Of a DNA stretch of 64,000 bases, positions 1-11,534 are shown in pieces. The notes below the pieces were generated by a model. It did not search any database and was not told the origin of the DNA. It worked only from the letters and a program-made list of their open reading frames with translations. The stretch spans positions 256,001 to 320,000 of the forward strand of contig CAVPZX010000003.1 in assembly GCA_963710375.1 (NCBI GenBank), given 5' to 3'. Origin of the DNA: Nitrospirota bacterium. Lineage in GTDB: Bacteria > Nitrospirota > Thermodesulfovibrionia > Thermodesulfovibrionales > Dissulfurispiraceae. A program made the translations under genes and the position numbers. Positions within the stretch are counted from its first letter, which is position 1; each line of letters opens with the position of its first letter.

Positions 1-1691
1 GGTTGTCGCTTTCGATCTCATCGAGTTCATTCTCCATTTTTGCAGTAAACCCCATGTCAATCAGCTCAGGGAACTTGTCCACCAGCAGGTCATTGACGAC
101 TATCCCCAGTTCTGTCGGAAAAAATCTTTTATCTTCGTTTTTCTCCACATATTTCCTGTCCTGGATCGTGGAGAGTATCGCCGCATATGTACTCGGCCTG
201 CCGATGCCTTTTTCTTCCAGCGTCTTTACAAGGGTGGCTTCAGTATAACGCGGCGGAGGCTGGGTAAAATGCTGAACAGTTTTTATCTCCTTCTGCCTGA
301 GCGTTTCTTTTTCTTTTAACTTGGGTAGTATTGCTCCTTCTTCATCCTCAATGTCATCTCTGCTTTCCGTATAGAGGGCCATGAAGCCGGGGAACCTTAT
401 TACTGTGCCTGATGCTCGCAACTCGGTCCCCTTCAGCTCAACTCCCTCTGATCTCAAACCGATTATAAATGTTGTCTGCTCAAGCTGGGCCGGACTCATC
501 TGGCTTGCGATGAATCTGTTCCATATCAGACTGTAGAGATTAAATTGGTCCTTGCTTAAGAAAGGTTTTACTGTTTCAGGGGTCTTGTCAGGATATGTGG
601 GCCTGATCGCCTCATGTGCATCTTGCGCAGACCCCTTGCTTTTGTAGTAAGGTGGTTTTTCAGGCACGTACTCATTCCCGAAGTTTTTAATTATGAGCTC
701 ACGGGCCCATTGCTGGGCTTCGGGCGCGATCCGAAAAGAGTCGGTCCTCATATACGTGATCAATCCTGCCGAGCCCTCTTTGCCCAGCTCAACCCCTTCA
801 TAGAGCTGCTGGGCCACCATCATTGTTTTCTTCACAGGAAACCTCAGCCGCCGGGAGGCTTCCTGCTGGATCGTGCTTGTGATGAATGGCGGAGCAGGGG
901 GCCTCTTTCGCAGTTTTTGCTCTATAGAAGAGAGGAAAAGCTCTTTTGATTTAATGTCGTCGGCTATATCCTGCGCCATCGCAGCATCGGTAATCAGAAA
1001 ACGCTTGCCTTCCTGTTCCTCGCGGTTTATGACCAGCGCATCCCTGTATTTATAAAGGCGGGCCATGAAATCCGCGCCCTGACCGTGTTCCGCACAAAGC
1101 AGCGCCTCGATGGTCCAGTATTCTTCCTTGTTAAAAGACTCTATTTCACGCTCTCTGTCTACGACGATTTTTACCGCAACTGACTGCACTCTGCCTGCAC
1201 TTAAACCCCTTCTGACTTTTTTCCAAAGAAAGGGACTTAGTTTATAGCCTACCAGCCTGTCAAGGATTCTCCTGGCCTGTTGTGCTTCTACCTTATGGAT
1301 ATCGATATCGCCCGGATTCTGTATGGCCTCCCTGACAGCTTTAGCGGTTATTTCATGAAAGGTAACACGTTTGACCTTGCCCTTATTGCCGGGAGATTTT
1401 ATATCTTCAGCTATATGCCAGGCAATTGCTTCTCCCTCACGGTCAGGGTCGGTAGCCAGATATATTACATCTGCTTTTTTCGCCTCGCTTTTGAGTCTCT
1501 TTCAATACCTTTTCCTTGCCCGCAATGGTCACGTACTGAGGCAGGAAATTATTTTCCACATCGACCCCCAGCTCTTTTTTAGGCAGGTCTTTAACATGCC
1601 CGACCGAGGCCTTTAACACGAACTCTTTTCCCAGTATCTTATTTATGGTCTTGGCCTTTGCCGGAGACTCAACGATTACAAGAGACCTCAA
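1..1691 (-). CDS. topA: DNA topoisomerase I (runs off left edge; +1 frameshift at ~1496, probably a sequencing error)
   Basis: N-terminus [16 protein letters not shown] (TOPRIM). Removing one base at 1496 gives ...[29 protein letters not shown]. Downstream frame contains [14 protein letters not shown] and [12 protein letters not shown] start with GAGGAGG RBS. Confidence 0.95.
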
Positions 1692-1703
1692 ATGCGCACC
1701 TCC

Positions 1704-1988
1704 TCAGTTCCAGGTTATGTGTCGTCCACCGCCGAAAACAAACGCATAAACTTCTTCGGTCTCAAGGTCGGTATCTTTCATAAGTATATAGGAAAGAAGG
1801 GCCCTGATGGTGTCAAGTTCCGTCTCATCGATATATTTTGTGAGTTCAAGAGTTATGAGCTCTTCCTTTACTGTTAAAAAATCTATGTCAAAGGCGCTGA
1901 CCTTTTTCAGCATATCGTCAGCATCGTATCCCTTGTCAATGAGTTCTTTTGCAAGAACTCTCAGCACATCTATCAATCGTTTTGCCAA
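1704..1988 (-). CDS. Small acidic hypothetical protein, Smg/DUF494-like by position
   Basis: 94 aa ORF with AGGAGG RBS, lying between dprA and topA where smg usually sits; family assignment is by synteny only. Confidence 0.6.
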   Translation of the reverse strand: MAKRLIDVLRVLAKELIDKGYDADDMLKKVSAFDIDFLTVKEELITLELTKYIDETELDTIRALLSYILMKDTDLETEEVYAFVFGGGRHITWN

Positions 1989-2012
1989 AAATGTCCTCCT
2001 AGTGCGTCATAC

Positions 2013-3140
2013 TTAAACTATAGAAAAATTGTTACCGGCTGTCTGGCGGACTATTCCCTTCATTTCAAGTCCGAGCAAAAGTCCTGAAAGACGGGCAGCG
2101 GGTATCTTGAGTTCTCTTACAATATGGTCTATATGCTTTGAATCGCTCCCCAAAATATTACATATTGCCTTTTCTTCATCATTTATTTCAAGTCGTGCAG
2201 ATGGGGGCACTGAAAAGTCTTTGACTTTTAACATACCTTTTATCTGCGGCGACAAGTCCTCTATTATGTCTTCAGCACTTTGAACAGGTTTGGCCCCCAT
2301 CTTGATTAAACTATTGGTCCCCCGGGCATTGCCGGACGTGATATTACCGGGAACGGCAAATATCTCCTTGCCTTGCTCCAGTGCGAACCTGGCAGTAATA
2401 AGTGACCCACTCCGCGCTGTTGCCTCCACTACAAGCACTCCGAGGGAAAGCCCGCTTATCAGTCTGTTTCTCCTGGGGAAGTTTTCTCTCAGGGGAGGCG
2501 TCCCCAAAGGGAATTCACTCATCACGCATCCAGACCTGGAAAGGGCCGTCATCAGTTCTTTGTTCTCCGCAGGGTAGCAGACATCGAGACCGCAGCCCAG
2601 CACCGCAATGCTTCTGCCGCCTGCTTTCAGTGCTCCGGAGTGGGAGACGGTATCTATGCCCCGGGCCATGCCGCTGACAATAGTAAGCCCTGCACAAGCT
2701 AGTTCGTATGACAGGTCTGCGGAGATCTTTCTGCCGTAATCGCTCATGTCCCTGGAACCTACCATGGCGAGTGCGAAACGGTCATCCTCTGCAAGGTCTC
2801 CTTTTATATAAAGAATTGCAGGGGCATTGTCCAGATGGCTTAGGGGCTCGGGATATTCTTTATCGAAGAGCGTGATAATTCGTATGTTGTGTTGTTCAGC
2901 TTCTTTTATCTCCCTGTCAATTCTGTCCCACGCCTTAAATTCCTTTATCCTTTTTGCTTTTGATTCGCTTATTTTGCCAACAGAGGACAACTCAGAAAGT
3001 CCTGCGTCAAATACGGCTTCCGGAGTATGGAATGCCGAAAGAAGCCGCCCTGTGGTAACGGGCCCTATGTCCTCAATAAAGGAAAGGGCAAGGAGGAATT
3101 TCAAGTCATTTATATTCTGTGAAGGGATCTTTTTTTTCAT
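2013..3140 (-). CDS. dprA: DNA-protecting protein DprA (Smf)
   Basis: VSGMARGIDT, FPRRNRLISGLS and VVEATARSGSLITA motifs; C-terminal winged-helix region. Confidence 0.95.
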   Translation of the reverse strand: MKKKIPSQNINDLKFLLALSFIEDIGPVTTGRLLSAFHTPEAVFDAGLSELSSVGKISESKAKRIKEFKAWDRIDREIKEAEQHNIRIITLFDKEYPEPLSHLDNAPAILYIKGDLAEDDRFALAMVGSRDMSDYGRKISADLSYELACAGLTIVSGMARGIDTVSHSGALKAGGRSIAVLGCGLDVCYPAENKELMTALSRSGCVMSEFPLGTPPLRENFPRRNRLISGLSLGVLVVEATARSGSLITARFALEQGKEIFAVPGNITSGNARGTNSLIKMGAKPVQSAEDIIEDLSPQIKGMLKVKDFSVPPSARLEINDEEKAICNILGSDSKHIDHIVRELKIPAARLSGLLLGLEMKGIVRQTAGNNFSIV

Positions 3141-3156
3141 ATTGTCTGTAAGACAG

Positions 3157-4359
3157 CTATTTGTTTGAAGGCGCTGCTTTTAACCTTAGTGCGTTGAGTT
3201 TGATGAACCCTTCGGCATTTTTCTGATTATATACCTTTTCCGCCTCGAACGTTGCAAGTTCCGGGTTGTAAAGCGAATAGGGGGATTTTCTGCCGGCAAC
3301 CATACAATTCCCTTTATATAATTTAAGCCGGACCGTACCGGTGACATTTTTCTGTATACCGTCCATCAGCGTCTGCAATGCCTCCCTTTCGGGCGCAAAC
3401 CAGTAACCGTAATAAACAAGCTCTGCATATTTAGGAATCAACGAGTCCCTCATATGCAGTACCTCTCTGTCAAGCGTTATTGATTCCAGCGCCCTGTGGG
3501 CAGTGTGGAGGACGGTCCCGGCAGGAGTTTCGTAAACGCCTCTGGATTTTATGCCTACATACCTGTTCTCTACTATGTCTATTCTCCCAATGCCGTTTTC
3601 ACCCGCTATAGTATTGAGCTTTTCAAAAAGGGCAACCGGAGACATAGTCCTGCCGTCAATGCCTGCAGGATCACCTTCCTTATAGTCGATCTCAATATAG
3701 CGCGGCGTGTCGGGCGCCTTTTCAGGAGACACCATCATGGTATACATATCTTCAGCGGGTTCTGCCCAGGGGTCTTCCAGTATGCCGCCTTCATAACTGA
3801 TATGAAAGATGTTCCTGTCGGTGCTGTACGGTTTCTCTTTTGTGACAGGCACCGGAATTCCATGACTCGCAGCGTACTCCATGAGCGACTGCCGTGAGTT
3901 GAATGACCATTCGCGCCACGGTGCGATGACAGTTATATCGGGTTTGAGTGCGTAATAAGTAAGCTCAAACCGGACCTGATCATTTCCTTTGCCGGTTGCA
4001 CCGTGAGCTACGGCATCCGCCTTCTCTTTCAGCGCTACAGCCATTTGTTTTTTCGCTATCAAAGGACGCGCAATTGAGGTGCCGAGCAGGTACGTGCCTT
4101 CATAGATAGCATTTGCGCGAAGCATGGGGAAAATATACTCACGCACGAATTCCTCCCGCAGGTCTTCAACATATGCCTTGACAGCACCGGTTTTAAGCGC
4201 TTTTTCGTGGACGGCTTTCAGATCTTCACCCTGGCCAAGGTCTGCACAGAAAGCAATGACCTCGGCCTTGTAGGTTTCGATCAGCCACTTTATTGCGATA
4301 GAAGTATCAAGACCTCCGGAATAAGCAAGCACAACCTTTTTAACCATTTTGTTCTCCAT
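3157..4359 (-). CDS. argG: Argininosuccinate synthase
   Basis: [37 protein letters not shown]. Confidence 0.97.
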   Translation of the reverse strand: MENKMVKKVVLAYSGGLDTSIAIKWLIETYKAEVIAFCADLGQGEDLKAVHEKALKTGAVKAYVEDLREEFVREYIFPMLRANAIYEGTYLLGTSIARPLIAKKQMAVALKEKADAVAHGATGKGNDQVRFELTYYALKPDITVIAPWREWSFNSRQSLMEYAASHGIPVPVTKEKPYSTDRNIFHISYEGGILEDPWAEPAEDMYTMMVSPEKAPDTPRYIEIDYKEGDPAGIDGRTMSPVALFEKLNTIAGENGIGRIDIVENRYVGIKSRGVYETPAGTVLHTAHRALESITLDREVLHMRDSLIPKYAELVYYGYWFAPEREALQTLMDGIQKNVTGTVRLKLYKGNCMVAGRKSPYSLYNPELATFEAEKVYNQKNAEGFIKLNALRLKAAPSNK

Positions 4360-4479
4360 TCATTTTAAGTTTGCAGTTCTTGTGTCAAGTTCTAAGGATT
4401 CATACACCTTATCATAAAAAAGAATTTTTTGTGAAGTCGGACTTTTGCCTTTAGCCTTTTGCCTGTATTATAATTTGTT

Positions 4480-5322
4480 ATGGAAACGATACGCATGCCA
4501 CGCATAATGCAGGAAACTTCAAAAAGACATCTTTGCAAGGGAAAAACAATTGGTTTTGTTCCGACAATGGGCGCTTTGCATGAGGGACATATGGGCCTTA
4601 TAAAGAGGGCCAAAAGCGAGAATGATATTGTAGTAGTCAGTATTTTTGTCAATCCCTTGCAGTTCGGAGCCGGAGAAGATTTGGGCAGGTATCCAAGGGA
4701 CATCGACAATGATAGGGAGAAATTGCGGTCATCGGAAGCAGATATTCTATTTGTCCCTGAGGATAAAATCTTCTACCCGGATGGGTTCGCTTCTCATGTT
4801 ACAGTAGAAGGTATTTCAGGCCGGCTTTGCGGGGCTTTCAGACCCGGTCATTTCTCCGGTGTGGTTACTGTGGTTTGTAAGTTATTCAATATTGTAAAAC
4901 CGACGAGGGCATATTTTGGGCAGAAGGACTTCCAGCAGACTGTTGTTGTCAATAGGTTGGTAGAGGACCTGAGTATGGATATTGAAGTAGTAACATGCCC
5001 GACTGCGCGTGAGAGTGACGGTCTTGCCATGAGTTCGAGAAACACATACCTGAGTGCCGACGAACGAGCGGCAGCGACTGTTTTGTACAAGGCCCTGATG
5101 TTTTCTTCAAAGATGATTAAAACCGGCGCTAGCGGGCCGGAAGAGGTGAAGAACAAACTTACAGCAATGCTCAGGGCAGAACCGCTTGTTTGCGATATTC
5201 AATACGCGGGCGTCTATGATCCAGAGACCCTTGTCGAACTCAATGAGTTCAAGCAGCGGAACCTCGTGGCTGCGGCGATCAATATCGGCGGTACCCGGCT
5301 GATTGATAATGTGCTAGCTTAA
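4480..5322 (+). CDS. panC: Pantoate--beta-alanine ligase
   Basis: FVPTMGALHEGH, FGQKDFQQ, GLAMSSRN, RLIDN. Confidence 0.97.
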   Translation: METIRMPRIMQETSKRHLCKGKTIGFVPTMGALHEGHMGLIKRAKSENDIVVVSIFVNPLQFGAGEDLGRYPRDIDNDREKLRSSEADILFVPEDKIFYPDGFASHVTVEGISGRLCGAFRPGHFSGVVTVVCKLFNIVKPTRAYFGQKDFQQTVVVNRLVEDLSMDIEVVTCPTARESDGLAMSSRNTYLSADERAAATVLYKALMFSSKMIKTGASGPEEVKNKLTAMLRAEPLVCDIQYAGVYDPETLVELNEFKQRNLVAAAINIGGTRLIDNVLA

Positions 5323-5431
5323 AGCAGGCTAAGGTTAAGGTTTAGGTTAAGATAAAAGAAAAACCAAAAAATAACTTCTTATTTTTAAGCTTTATCTCTG
5401 TCTTAACCTTAGCCTTAACCTTTACCTGCTT
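5322..5431. repeat. Inverted pair of short hexamer tandem repeats (AAGGTT-like / AACCTT-like) between the convergent panC and glgC; likely bidirectional terminator
   Basis: aagcaggctaaggttaaggtttaggttaaga ... tcttaaccttagccttaacctttacctgctt. Confidence 0.65.
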
Positions 5432-5434
5432 TTT

Positions 5435-6658
5435 TTACATCGATGTTTTTACTACTTTAGGGATTACCACAATACCGCCGGGACTTACATGAAACCTTTT
5501 CCTGTCCTCCTCGATGTCATACCCTATCACTGTGTCCGAGGGTATGTATACTTCCTTGTCGATAATTGCCCTGCGGATTTTCGCGTGTCTCCCGATCTCG
5601 ACATTCTCCATCAGAATAGATTCTTCTACATGGGCCCAGCTGTTTACTCTTACATTCGGCGATAGAATGGAATTCTGGACCCTCCCCCCGCTTATTATAC
5701 AGCCGTCGCAGACTGTGGAATCAAGCGCGATGCCCAGTCTCCCCCCTTTATATTCCTGGGCGAAGACGAACTTTGCGGGAGGCCCCTGCACTTTGCGCGT
5801 ACGAATAGGCCAGCTATTGTCATAAAGGTTTAACAGAGGGTCAACCGAACAGAGATCCATGTTGGCCTCCCAATATGCGTCAAGCGTTCCGACATCACGC
5901 CAGTATTTGGCCGCCTTTTTGTTTTCATCTTTAAAATTGTATGCGAAGAGCCGTCCTTTTTTAAGCAGGTCCGGGATGATATCTCTGCCAAAATCATGCG
6001 CAGTCAACATAGCAGCATCCTTTTTAAGTTCTTCGATAATCATATCGGTGTTGAAGAAGTAAACGCCCATGGATGCTACGCACCGGTCCTTATTGTGCGG
6101 AATTGTCTTGGGTTTCTCAGGCTTTTCTTCAAAGCCGATTATTTGCCAGTCATCGTCAACCTCCATTACGCCCAGGGAGGATGCCATCTTCTTATCTACC
6201 TCTATCGCCGCAACCGTACCGATTGCACCCTTTTCCTTGTGGAAGGCCAACATTTCCGAGTAGTCCATCTTATAGATATGGTCTCCTGAAAGGATGATGA
6301 GATAGGGAGGCGCCTCCTTTTCGATAAAATATATGTTTTGATATACAGCATCGGCGGTACCCGCGTACCACTGCTCGCTGACCCGTTGCTGGGGAGGGAT
6401 GGAGATGAAGAATTCGTTTAACTCGGGATTAAAGAGAGTGGCCCAACCGAGGGCAAGGTGACGGTCCAGCGAGAGCGATTTGTATTGCGTGATGACAGCC
6501 ATCTTTCTGATATTGGAATTGAGACAGTTGCTCAATGTGAAATCGATTATGCGGTATTTGCCTCCGAAAGGGACTGCGGGCTTTGCACGGTGGATGGTCA
6601 GGGGATGCAGGCGCTCTCCTTTGCCGCCTGCCAGGATAATTGCCAGCACATCCTTCAT
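5435..6658 (-). CDS. glgC: Glucose-1-phosphate adenylyltransferase
   Basis: [50 protein letters not shown]; start set at MKDVLAII (6658). Confidence 0.96.
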   Translation of the reverse strand: MKDVLAIILAGGKGERLHPLTIHRAKPAVPFGGKYRIIDFTLSNCLNSNIRKMAVITQYKSLSLDRHLALGWATLFNPELNEFFISIPPQQRVSEQWYAGTADAVYQNIYFIEKEAPPYLIILSGDHIYKMDYSEMLAFHKEKGAIGTVAAIEVDKKMASSLGVMEVDDDWQIIGFEEKPEKPKTIPHNKDRCVASMGVYFFNTDMIIEELKKDAAMLTAHDFGRDIIPDLLKKGRLFAYNFKDENKKAAKYWRDVGTLDAYWEANMDLCSVDPLLNLYDNSWPIRTRKVQGPPAKFVFAQEYKGGRLGIALDSTVCDGCIISGGRVQNSILSPNVRVNSWAHVEESILMENVEIGRHAKIRRAIIDKEVYIPSDTVIGYDIEEDRKRFHVSPGGIVVIPKVVKTSM

Positions 6659-6745
6659 CTCGCTGTCTCTTATAACCGACTGCATGAAGAAATGTTATCA
6701 GTGCCAGGCGCAAGTGTCAAGTGTTCTGTGTGTTATAATTTTAGT

Positions 6746-8077
6746 ATGAGTGACAATAAAAAGGCTGTTTTTTGGGGGCTTCTGCTTTTTCTTTTTCCAT
6801 TCCTTTTATGGATTGTTGGTTACGCGTCCCGCATTTCCGCTGGAACTGAAGGCGCAGGGACACCTGCTAAAAAAGTGCTTTTAATTACTGTGAACGGTAT
6901 TATCAATCCCGTTGCTTCAGAGTATATCGGGGGAGCCGTCAAGCAGGCATCGGATATGAAAGCAGAGGCGCTGATTATTGAGCTTGATACGCCGGGAGGC
7001 CTCGACAGTTCGATGCGCAGCATTGTGAGGGATATCTTGGGTTCTGCTGTGCCTGTTGTTGTCTATGTTGCGCCGAGCGGTGCGCGCGCGGGATCGGCGG
7101 GAGTTTTTATTACGCTGGCAGCCCACATCGCTGCCATGGCACCCGGGACAAATATCGGGGCGGCTCACCCTGTTCAGATGGGAGAGAAGATGGAGAAGGT
7201 CATGTCGGAAAAAGTGACCAATGACGCTGCCGCCTTCATAAGAACGATTGCAGCCCAGCGGGGGAGGAATGCGAGCTGGGCTGAAGATGCGGTTCGGAAG
7301 AGTGTTTCAATTACGGAAACCGAGGCTTTGAATCTTGGGGTAATTGATCTGGTTGCAAAGGATGTTGCGGCCTTGCTTTCAGAAATTGACGGCAGAAAAG
7401 TAACAACTGTTACCGGAGAACACGTGCTGAAGACAGCCGGAGCCAAAATTGTCGAGCGCCAAATGAACTTGAGGAATAAGATATTGGACCTGATCAGCAA
7501 CCCCAATGTGGCCTATATACTGATGCTCCTCGGTTTTTACGGCCTTTTCTTTGAATTCACGAATCCGGGTGCGATCTTCCCGGGAGTAATGGGTGGAATT
7601 TGTCTTATCCTCGGATTTTATGCTCTGCAGACTTTGCCGGTGAATTATGCCGGATTGATGCTTATTATTATGGGCATTGTTCTTTTCATCCTTGAAGTGA
7701 AAATCATATCTCACGGCATTCTTACTATCGGCGGCGTAATGGCGCTTGTCTTCGGATCGCTCATGCTTTTCGAATCTTCATCGCCATTGTTCAAACTCTC
7801 AATTGCCGTCATAGTTCCGGTTGTTCTTGTCACAACCCTCTTGTTTGTATTAACGGTCAGGCTTGCCTACAAGGCATTCAGAAAAAGGCCGCTTACCGGT
7901 GCTGAGAGTCTTATCGGTCTCGAAGGTACGGCGTGGTCCGATATTACGCCTCAAGGGGGTACCGTTCGTGTTCATGGCGAATTGTGGTCTGGCTGGTCTG
8001 AAGAGCATGTTCCGAAAGGCAGCGCTGTTGTCGTCGAAGCGGTACATGGACTTAAAATAAAGGTCAGAAGAGGGTAG
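6746..8077 (+). CDS. nfeD: NfeD family membrane-bound serine protease (ClpP class)
   Basis: [30 protein letters not shown] region and C-terminal OB domain (VHGELW). Start at ATG 6746; the longer called ORF overlaps glgC. Confidence 0.9.
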   Translation: MSDNKKAVFWGLLLFLFPFLLWIVGYASRISAGTEGAGTPAKKVLLITVNGIINPVASEYIGGAVKQASDMKAEALIIELDTPGGLDSSMRSIVRDILGSAVPVVVYVAPSGARAGSAGVFITLAAHIAAMAPGTNIGAAHPVQMGEKMEKVMSEKVTNDAAAFIRTIAAQRGRNASWAEDAVRKSVSITETEALNLGVIDLVAKDVAALLSEIDGRKVTTVTGEHVLKTAGAKIVERQMNLRNKILDLISNPNVAYILMLLGFYGLFFEFTNPGAIFPGVMGGICLILGFYALQTLPVNYAGLMLIIMGIVLFILEVKIISHGILTIGGVMALVFGSLMLFESSSPLFKLSIAVIVPVVLVTTLLFVLTVRLAYKAFRKRPLTGAESLIGLEGTAWSDITPQGGTVRVHGELWSGWSEEHVPKGSAVVVEAVHGLKIKVRRG

Positions 8078-8099
8078 CGGGTCAGTCTGACCCACTACC
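8073..8099. repeat. 27-bp hairpin resembling a collapsed family-D element; supplies the nfeD TAG stop
   Basis: ggtagcgggtcagtctgacccactacc matches both termini of the 54786-54958 element (ggtagtgggccagt...ctggcccactacc). Confidence 0.55.
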
Positions 8100-8152
8100 C
8101 GGCGGTTCTTCCTTGAAAAAATAGTTAAACCTTCCTTACAATAGACGTCAGT

Positions 8153-9115
8153 ATGAAAGCCCTTGTCACCGGTGCAACAGGTTTTATCGGGAGCCACCTT
8201 ACCAATGCTCTCATAAGCAAAGGTTTTAGTGTCACCTGCCTGGTAAGGAACACGTCGGATGTAAGCTATATTGAAGACCTGAATGTCAGACTGGTGAAGG
8301 GCGATTGTACCCATAAGGAGTCTTTATATGAGGCTGTGGCCGGGGTTGATTATGTCTTCCATCTTGCGGGATTGACAAAGGCGTGTTCCGAAGCGGCTTT
8401 TGTAGAAGCAAATGTAAAAGGCACCGAGAACATCCTGCAGGCTGTGCTCGAAAACAATAGCGGCATCAAGCGCTTTGTTTATATGAGCAGTCTTGCGGCC
8501 GCTGGTCCGAGCAGCGATGGGGTCCCGCTGAAAGAGGATTGTTCTACGGCCCCTGTTTCACTCTACGGGAAATCCAAGCTGGCTGGGGAGCAATTTGTCC
8601 TGAAGCACAGGAACGATGTACCTGTTGTTGTCATCAGGCCTCCTGCCGTATACGGACCGCGGGACAAAGACTTGCTTGTTTTTTTCAAGATGGTAAAGGC
8701 GGGCCTTGCGCCCATGTGGGGTAGCAGCCATTATTCTTTTATATATATTGAAGACTTGATACATGGTATACTACTCTCTGCACTTGACCAAAATGCCGGG
8801 GGGGAGATTTTTTTTATGTCTGACGGCGTCATTTACTCCTCTGATGATATTATTAATGCAGTAGCCGATGCGGTCCAGAAGCGGCCTGTAAAATTCAAAA
8901 TCCCGCGATTTGCCATGTCTGTCGCAGGGTTGATTTCAGAACGGTATGGCAAGTCGTCAATTATTAATGCCGACAAGATACGGGAACTCAGGTATTCAGA
9001 CTGGATATGCGACATGTCAAAAGCAGCAGAGAGGCTGAAATTTAAGCCTCAGGTAAAAATCAAGGAAGGAGCAAGGTGGACATTTGATTGGTACAGGATC
9101 CATCAGTGGCTATGA
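8153..9115 (+). CDS. NAD-dependent epimerase/dehydratase (extended SDR); candidate sphingolipid 3-keto reductase
   Basis: TGATGFIG Rossmann motif and YGKSK catalytic motif; stop overlaps the spt start (ATGA). Confidence 0.8.
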   Translation: MKALVTGATGFIGSHLTNALISKGFSVTCLVRNTSDVSYIEDLNVRLVKGDCTHKESLYEAVAGVDYVFHLAGLTKACSEAAFVEANVKGTENILQAVLENNSGIKRFVYMSSLAAAGPSSDGVPLKEDCSTAPVSLYGKSKLAGEQFVLKHRNDVPVVVIRPPAVYGPRDKDLLVFFKMVKAGLAPMWGSSHYSFIYIEDLIHGILLSALDQNAGGEIFFMSDGVIYSSDDIINAVADAVQKRPVKFKIPRFAMSVAGLISERYGKSSIINADKIRELRYSDWICDMSKAAERLKFKPQVKIKEGARWTFDWYRIHQWL

Positions 9116-10302
9116 CCGAAACAGTCGATATATTTGAAAAGTGTTTTAAGTTTACACAAGCAAAGGAACTGCAGCATGCCGGGCTCTATCCGTTTTTCAG
9201 GATTATCGAGAGCGCGCAGGACCCCGAAGTTATTTTGAATGGACGGAAGATGATAATGGTGGGCTCGAATAATTACCTTGGCCTTACAAATCATCCGAAA
9301 GTAAAAGAAGCGGCGATAGAGGCGATAAAGAAATACGGGACAGGATGCGCCGGTTCCCGTTTTCTCAACGGAACATTGGATATTCATGTAAAGCTGGAGG
9401 AAAAGCTTGCCAGGTTTATGAGGAAGGAGTCGGCGCTTGTTTTTTCTACCGGATTTCAGGTGAACCTCGGAGTAATATCGGCTCTGGTGGGCAAGGATGA
9501 TGTGGTAATTATAGATAAGATGGACCATGCCAGTATCGTCAACGGCTGCAAATTATCGTATGGTGAGGTCAGGCGGTTCAAACACAATGATATGTCGGAT
9601 CTCGATAGAGTATTTTCCGACAATAACGGACGGGGTAAGATGCTGGTCGTTGATGGAGTGTTCAGCATGGAGGGAGATATTGCAGACCTGCCTGAAGTAG
9701 TGCGGATAGCACGTAAATACGGCGCCCGTGTTATGGTGGATGACGCTCACGGAATCGGAGTTCTCGGGAAGACCGGACGCGGGACTGTAGAACACTTCGG
9801 CATGGAAAAAGATGTGGATCTTATTATGGGCACTTACAGCAAGTCGCTCGCTTCCATCGGAGGTTTTATTGCCGGCGACGAGGATGTCGTGCAATATATC
9901 AAGCATTTCGGACGTTCATTGATTTTCAGTGCCAGTCCGCCGCCCGCCTCTGTAGCAGCGGTGAGTGCTGCCATCGACATTATAGAGAGCGAACCCGAGA
10001 GGCGAGCGAGACTATGGAAAAATACCCATACGATGATGCAGGGTTTTACAGAGCTCGGGTTTCAGACCGGACCCAGTCAGACGCCTGTGATACCAATCAT
10101 AGTCGGAGAGGACGAAACAGCTTTCCGCGCCGTGATTATGCTTCAGGAGGAAGGTGTGTTTGCCAATGTCGCTGTCTCTCCAGCAGTGCCGCAGGGGAAG
10201 GCGCTTATCAGGACAAGCTATATGGCTACGCATACGGATGAGCAACTTTCGCGCGTACTCGAAGCCTTTAAGAAAGTAGGTAAGTCATTGGGGCTTATAT
10301 AA
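9112..10302 (+). CDS. spt: Alpha-oxoamine synthase, serine palmitoyltransferase-like
   Basis: GSNNYLGL, DGVFSMEGD, DDAHG, PLP-lysine motif GTYSKSLASIGG (SKS type of bacterial Spt), N-terminal LYPFFR. Confidence 0.75.
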   Translation: MTETVDIFEKCFKFTQAKELQHAGLYPFFRIIESAQDPEVILNGRKMIMVGSNNYLGLTNHPKVKEAAIEAIKKYGTGCAGSRFLNGTLDIHVKLEEKLARFMRKESALVFSTGFQVNLGVISALVGKDDVVIIDKMDHASIVNGCKLSYGEVRRFKHNDMSDLDRVFSDNNGRGKMLVVDGVFSMEGDIADLPEVVRIARKYGARVMVDDAHGIGVLGKTGRGTVEHFGMEKDVDLIMGTYSKSLASIGGFIAGDEDVVQYIKHFGRSLIFSASPPPASVAAVSAAIDIIESEPERRARLWKNTHTMMQGFTELGFQTGPSQTPVIPIIVGEDETAFRAVIMLQEEGVFANVAVSPAVPQGKALIRTSYMATHTDEQLSRVLEAFKKVGKSLGLI

Positions 10303-11441
10303 TGAATCGAGCCGGGGCCGAGATCGAGGTCAGAGAATCAGGGACAAAGAGTGACCTAAAGGCCTTTATAAAATTTCCATTTTCTCTTTACGCGAGAGAC
10401 CCTTATTTTGTCCCCCAGTTAGTGCGGGACATGAAAACCCACTATTCCACCAGTAACCCTTTTTTAAGGCAGGCTGAAGTCAAATTTTTTATGGCCTTTA
10501 AAAACGGGCTGCCTGCCGGTCGCATTGTTTCCATTATCAACCCTGAGCATAATAGTTATCATAAGGATAACGCCGGCTTTTTCGGTTTTTTTGAGAGCGT
10601 CAACGATTCTCGTGTTGCAGACGCCCTTCTCAGGACCGTCTACGATGAACTGAGGAAAAAGGGCATGAATATAATGCGGGGTCCGATGAATTTCTCGACC
10701 AATGACGAATGCGGATTCCTTATTGAGGGGTTTGACAGTGCCCCGGTGCTCATGATGTCGTACAACCCGCCTTATTATAACAAGCTGATGGAAGGCTGGG
10801 GGATGTCGAAAGCCAAGGACCTCTACGCGTATAATTATGCGTTTACCGGCACTCCACCAGAAAAGGTCGTGAGGGTCGCTGCGCTGGCTGAAAAAAAAGG
10901 GATAGCGGCAAGGCCTATCAACATGAAAAATTTCTTGGCCGATATGCAATTGTTCAAGGATATTTATAATTCTTCATGGAAGGACAACTGGGGATTTATT
11001 CCGCTCTCTGATGAAGAAATTTCCTATAGTGCTGAAAGGATGAAGCCCCTGGTTGTGCCTGAGTTCACTCTGATTGCTGAAAAGGATGGAGAACCTGTCG
11101 GTTTTCTAGGGTTCTTGCCGGATTTTAATTCAGTGTTAAAGCATATGCACGGCAAGCTCACACCTGTAACACTGCTGAAAGCGCTGTATTTCTCAAAAAG
11201 AATCACCTCGCTCAGGGTACTTCTCTATGGAATCAAACCGGAGTACAGAAACCGTGGCGTTGATGCTCTGCTCCTTGCGGAGGGTTATAAGAATATCGTG
11301 AAGCGGGGCGGGTACAGGAATGTAGAATTTTCGTGGATTCTTGAGGACAACCTCAGGGTGCAAAGGATAATCGAACTATTCGGGGGATTGTTATACAAGA
11401 AATACAGAATATACGAAAAGAAAATAGGCGATGGGCAATAG
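10302..11441 (+). CDS. GNAT-fold N-acyltransferase, bacterial ceramide synthase (bCerS)-like
   Basis: GFFGFFES, GPMNFSTNDECG.LIEGF, YNPPYY, NWGFIP, EFSWILEDN, KKYRIYEK; translationally coupled to spt. Confidence 0.7.
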   Translation: MNRAGAEIEVRESGTKSDLKAFIKFPFSLYARDPYFVPQLVRDMKTHYSTSNPFLRQAEVKFFMAFKNGLPAGRIVSIINPEHNSYHKDNAGFFGFFESVNDSRVADALLRTVYDELRKKGMNIMRGPMNFSTNDECGFLIEGFDSAPVLMMSYNPPYYNKLMEGWGMSKAKDLYAYNYAFTGTPPEKVVRVAALAEKKGIAARPINMKNFLADMQLFKDIYNSSWKDNWGFIPLSDEEISYSAERMKPLVVPEFTLIAEKDGEPVGFLGFLPDFNSVLKHMHGKLTPVTLLKALYFSKRITSLRVLLYGIKPEYRNRGVDALLLAEGYKNIVKRGGYRNVEFSWILEDNLRVQRIIELFGGLLYKKYRIYEKKIGDGQ

Positions 11442-11534
11442 GCCAAAGACAATAAAAGAGACAGAGCCTTTTCCTTTGCCTATTGCCTTTCTATCCCTTT
11501 ATATTTATTAATAAATTGTGATATCTTAGTAATA

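Noticed and set aside
6458..6745. N-terminal extension of the nfeD ORF (likewise 53267-53344 for gspC and 60608-60745 for gspH-2)
   Set aside because: The extensions overlap neighbouring genes or promoter sequence; better starts exist downstream
9112..10302. Annotation as bioF (8-amino-7-oxononanoate synthase)
   Set aside because: The SKS-type PLP motif, Spt-like N-terminus and acyltransferase/reductase neighbours favour Spt; no bio genes adjacent (not formally excluded without a phylogeny)
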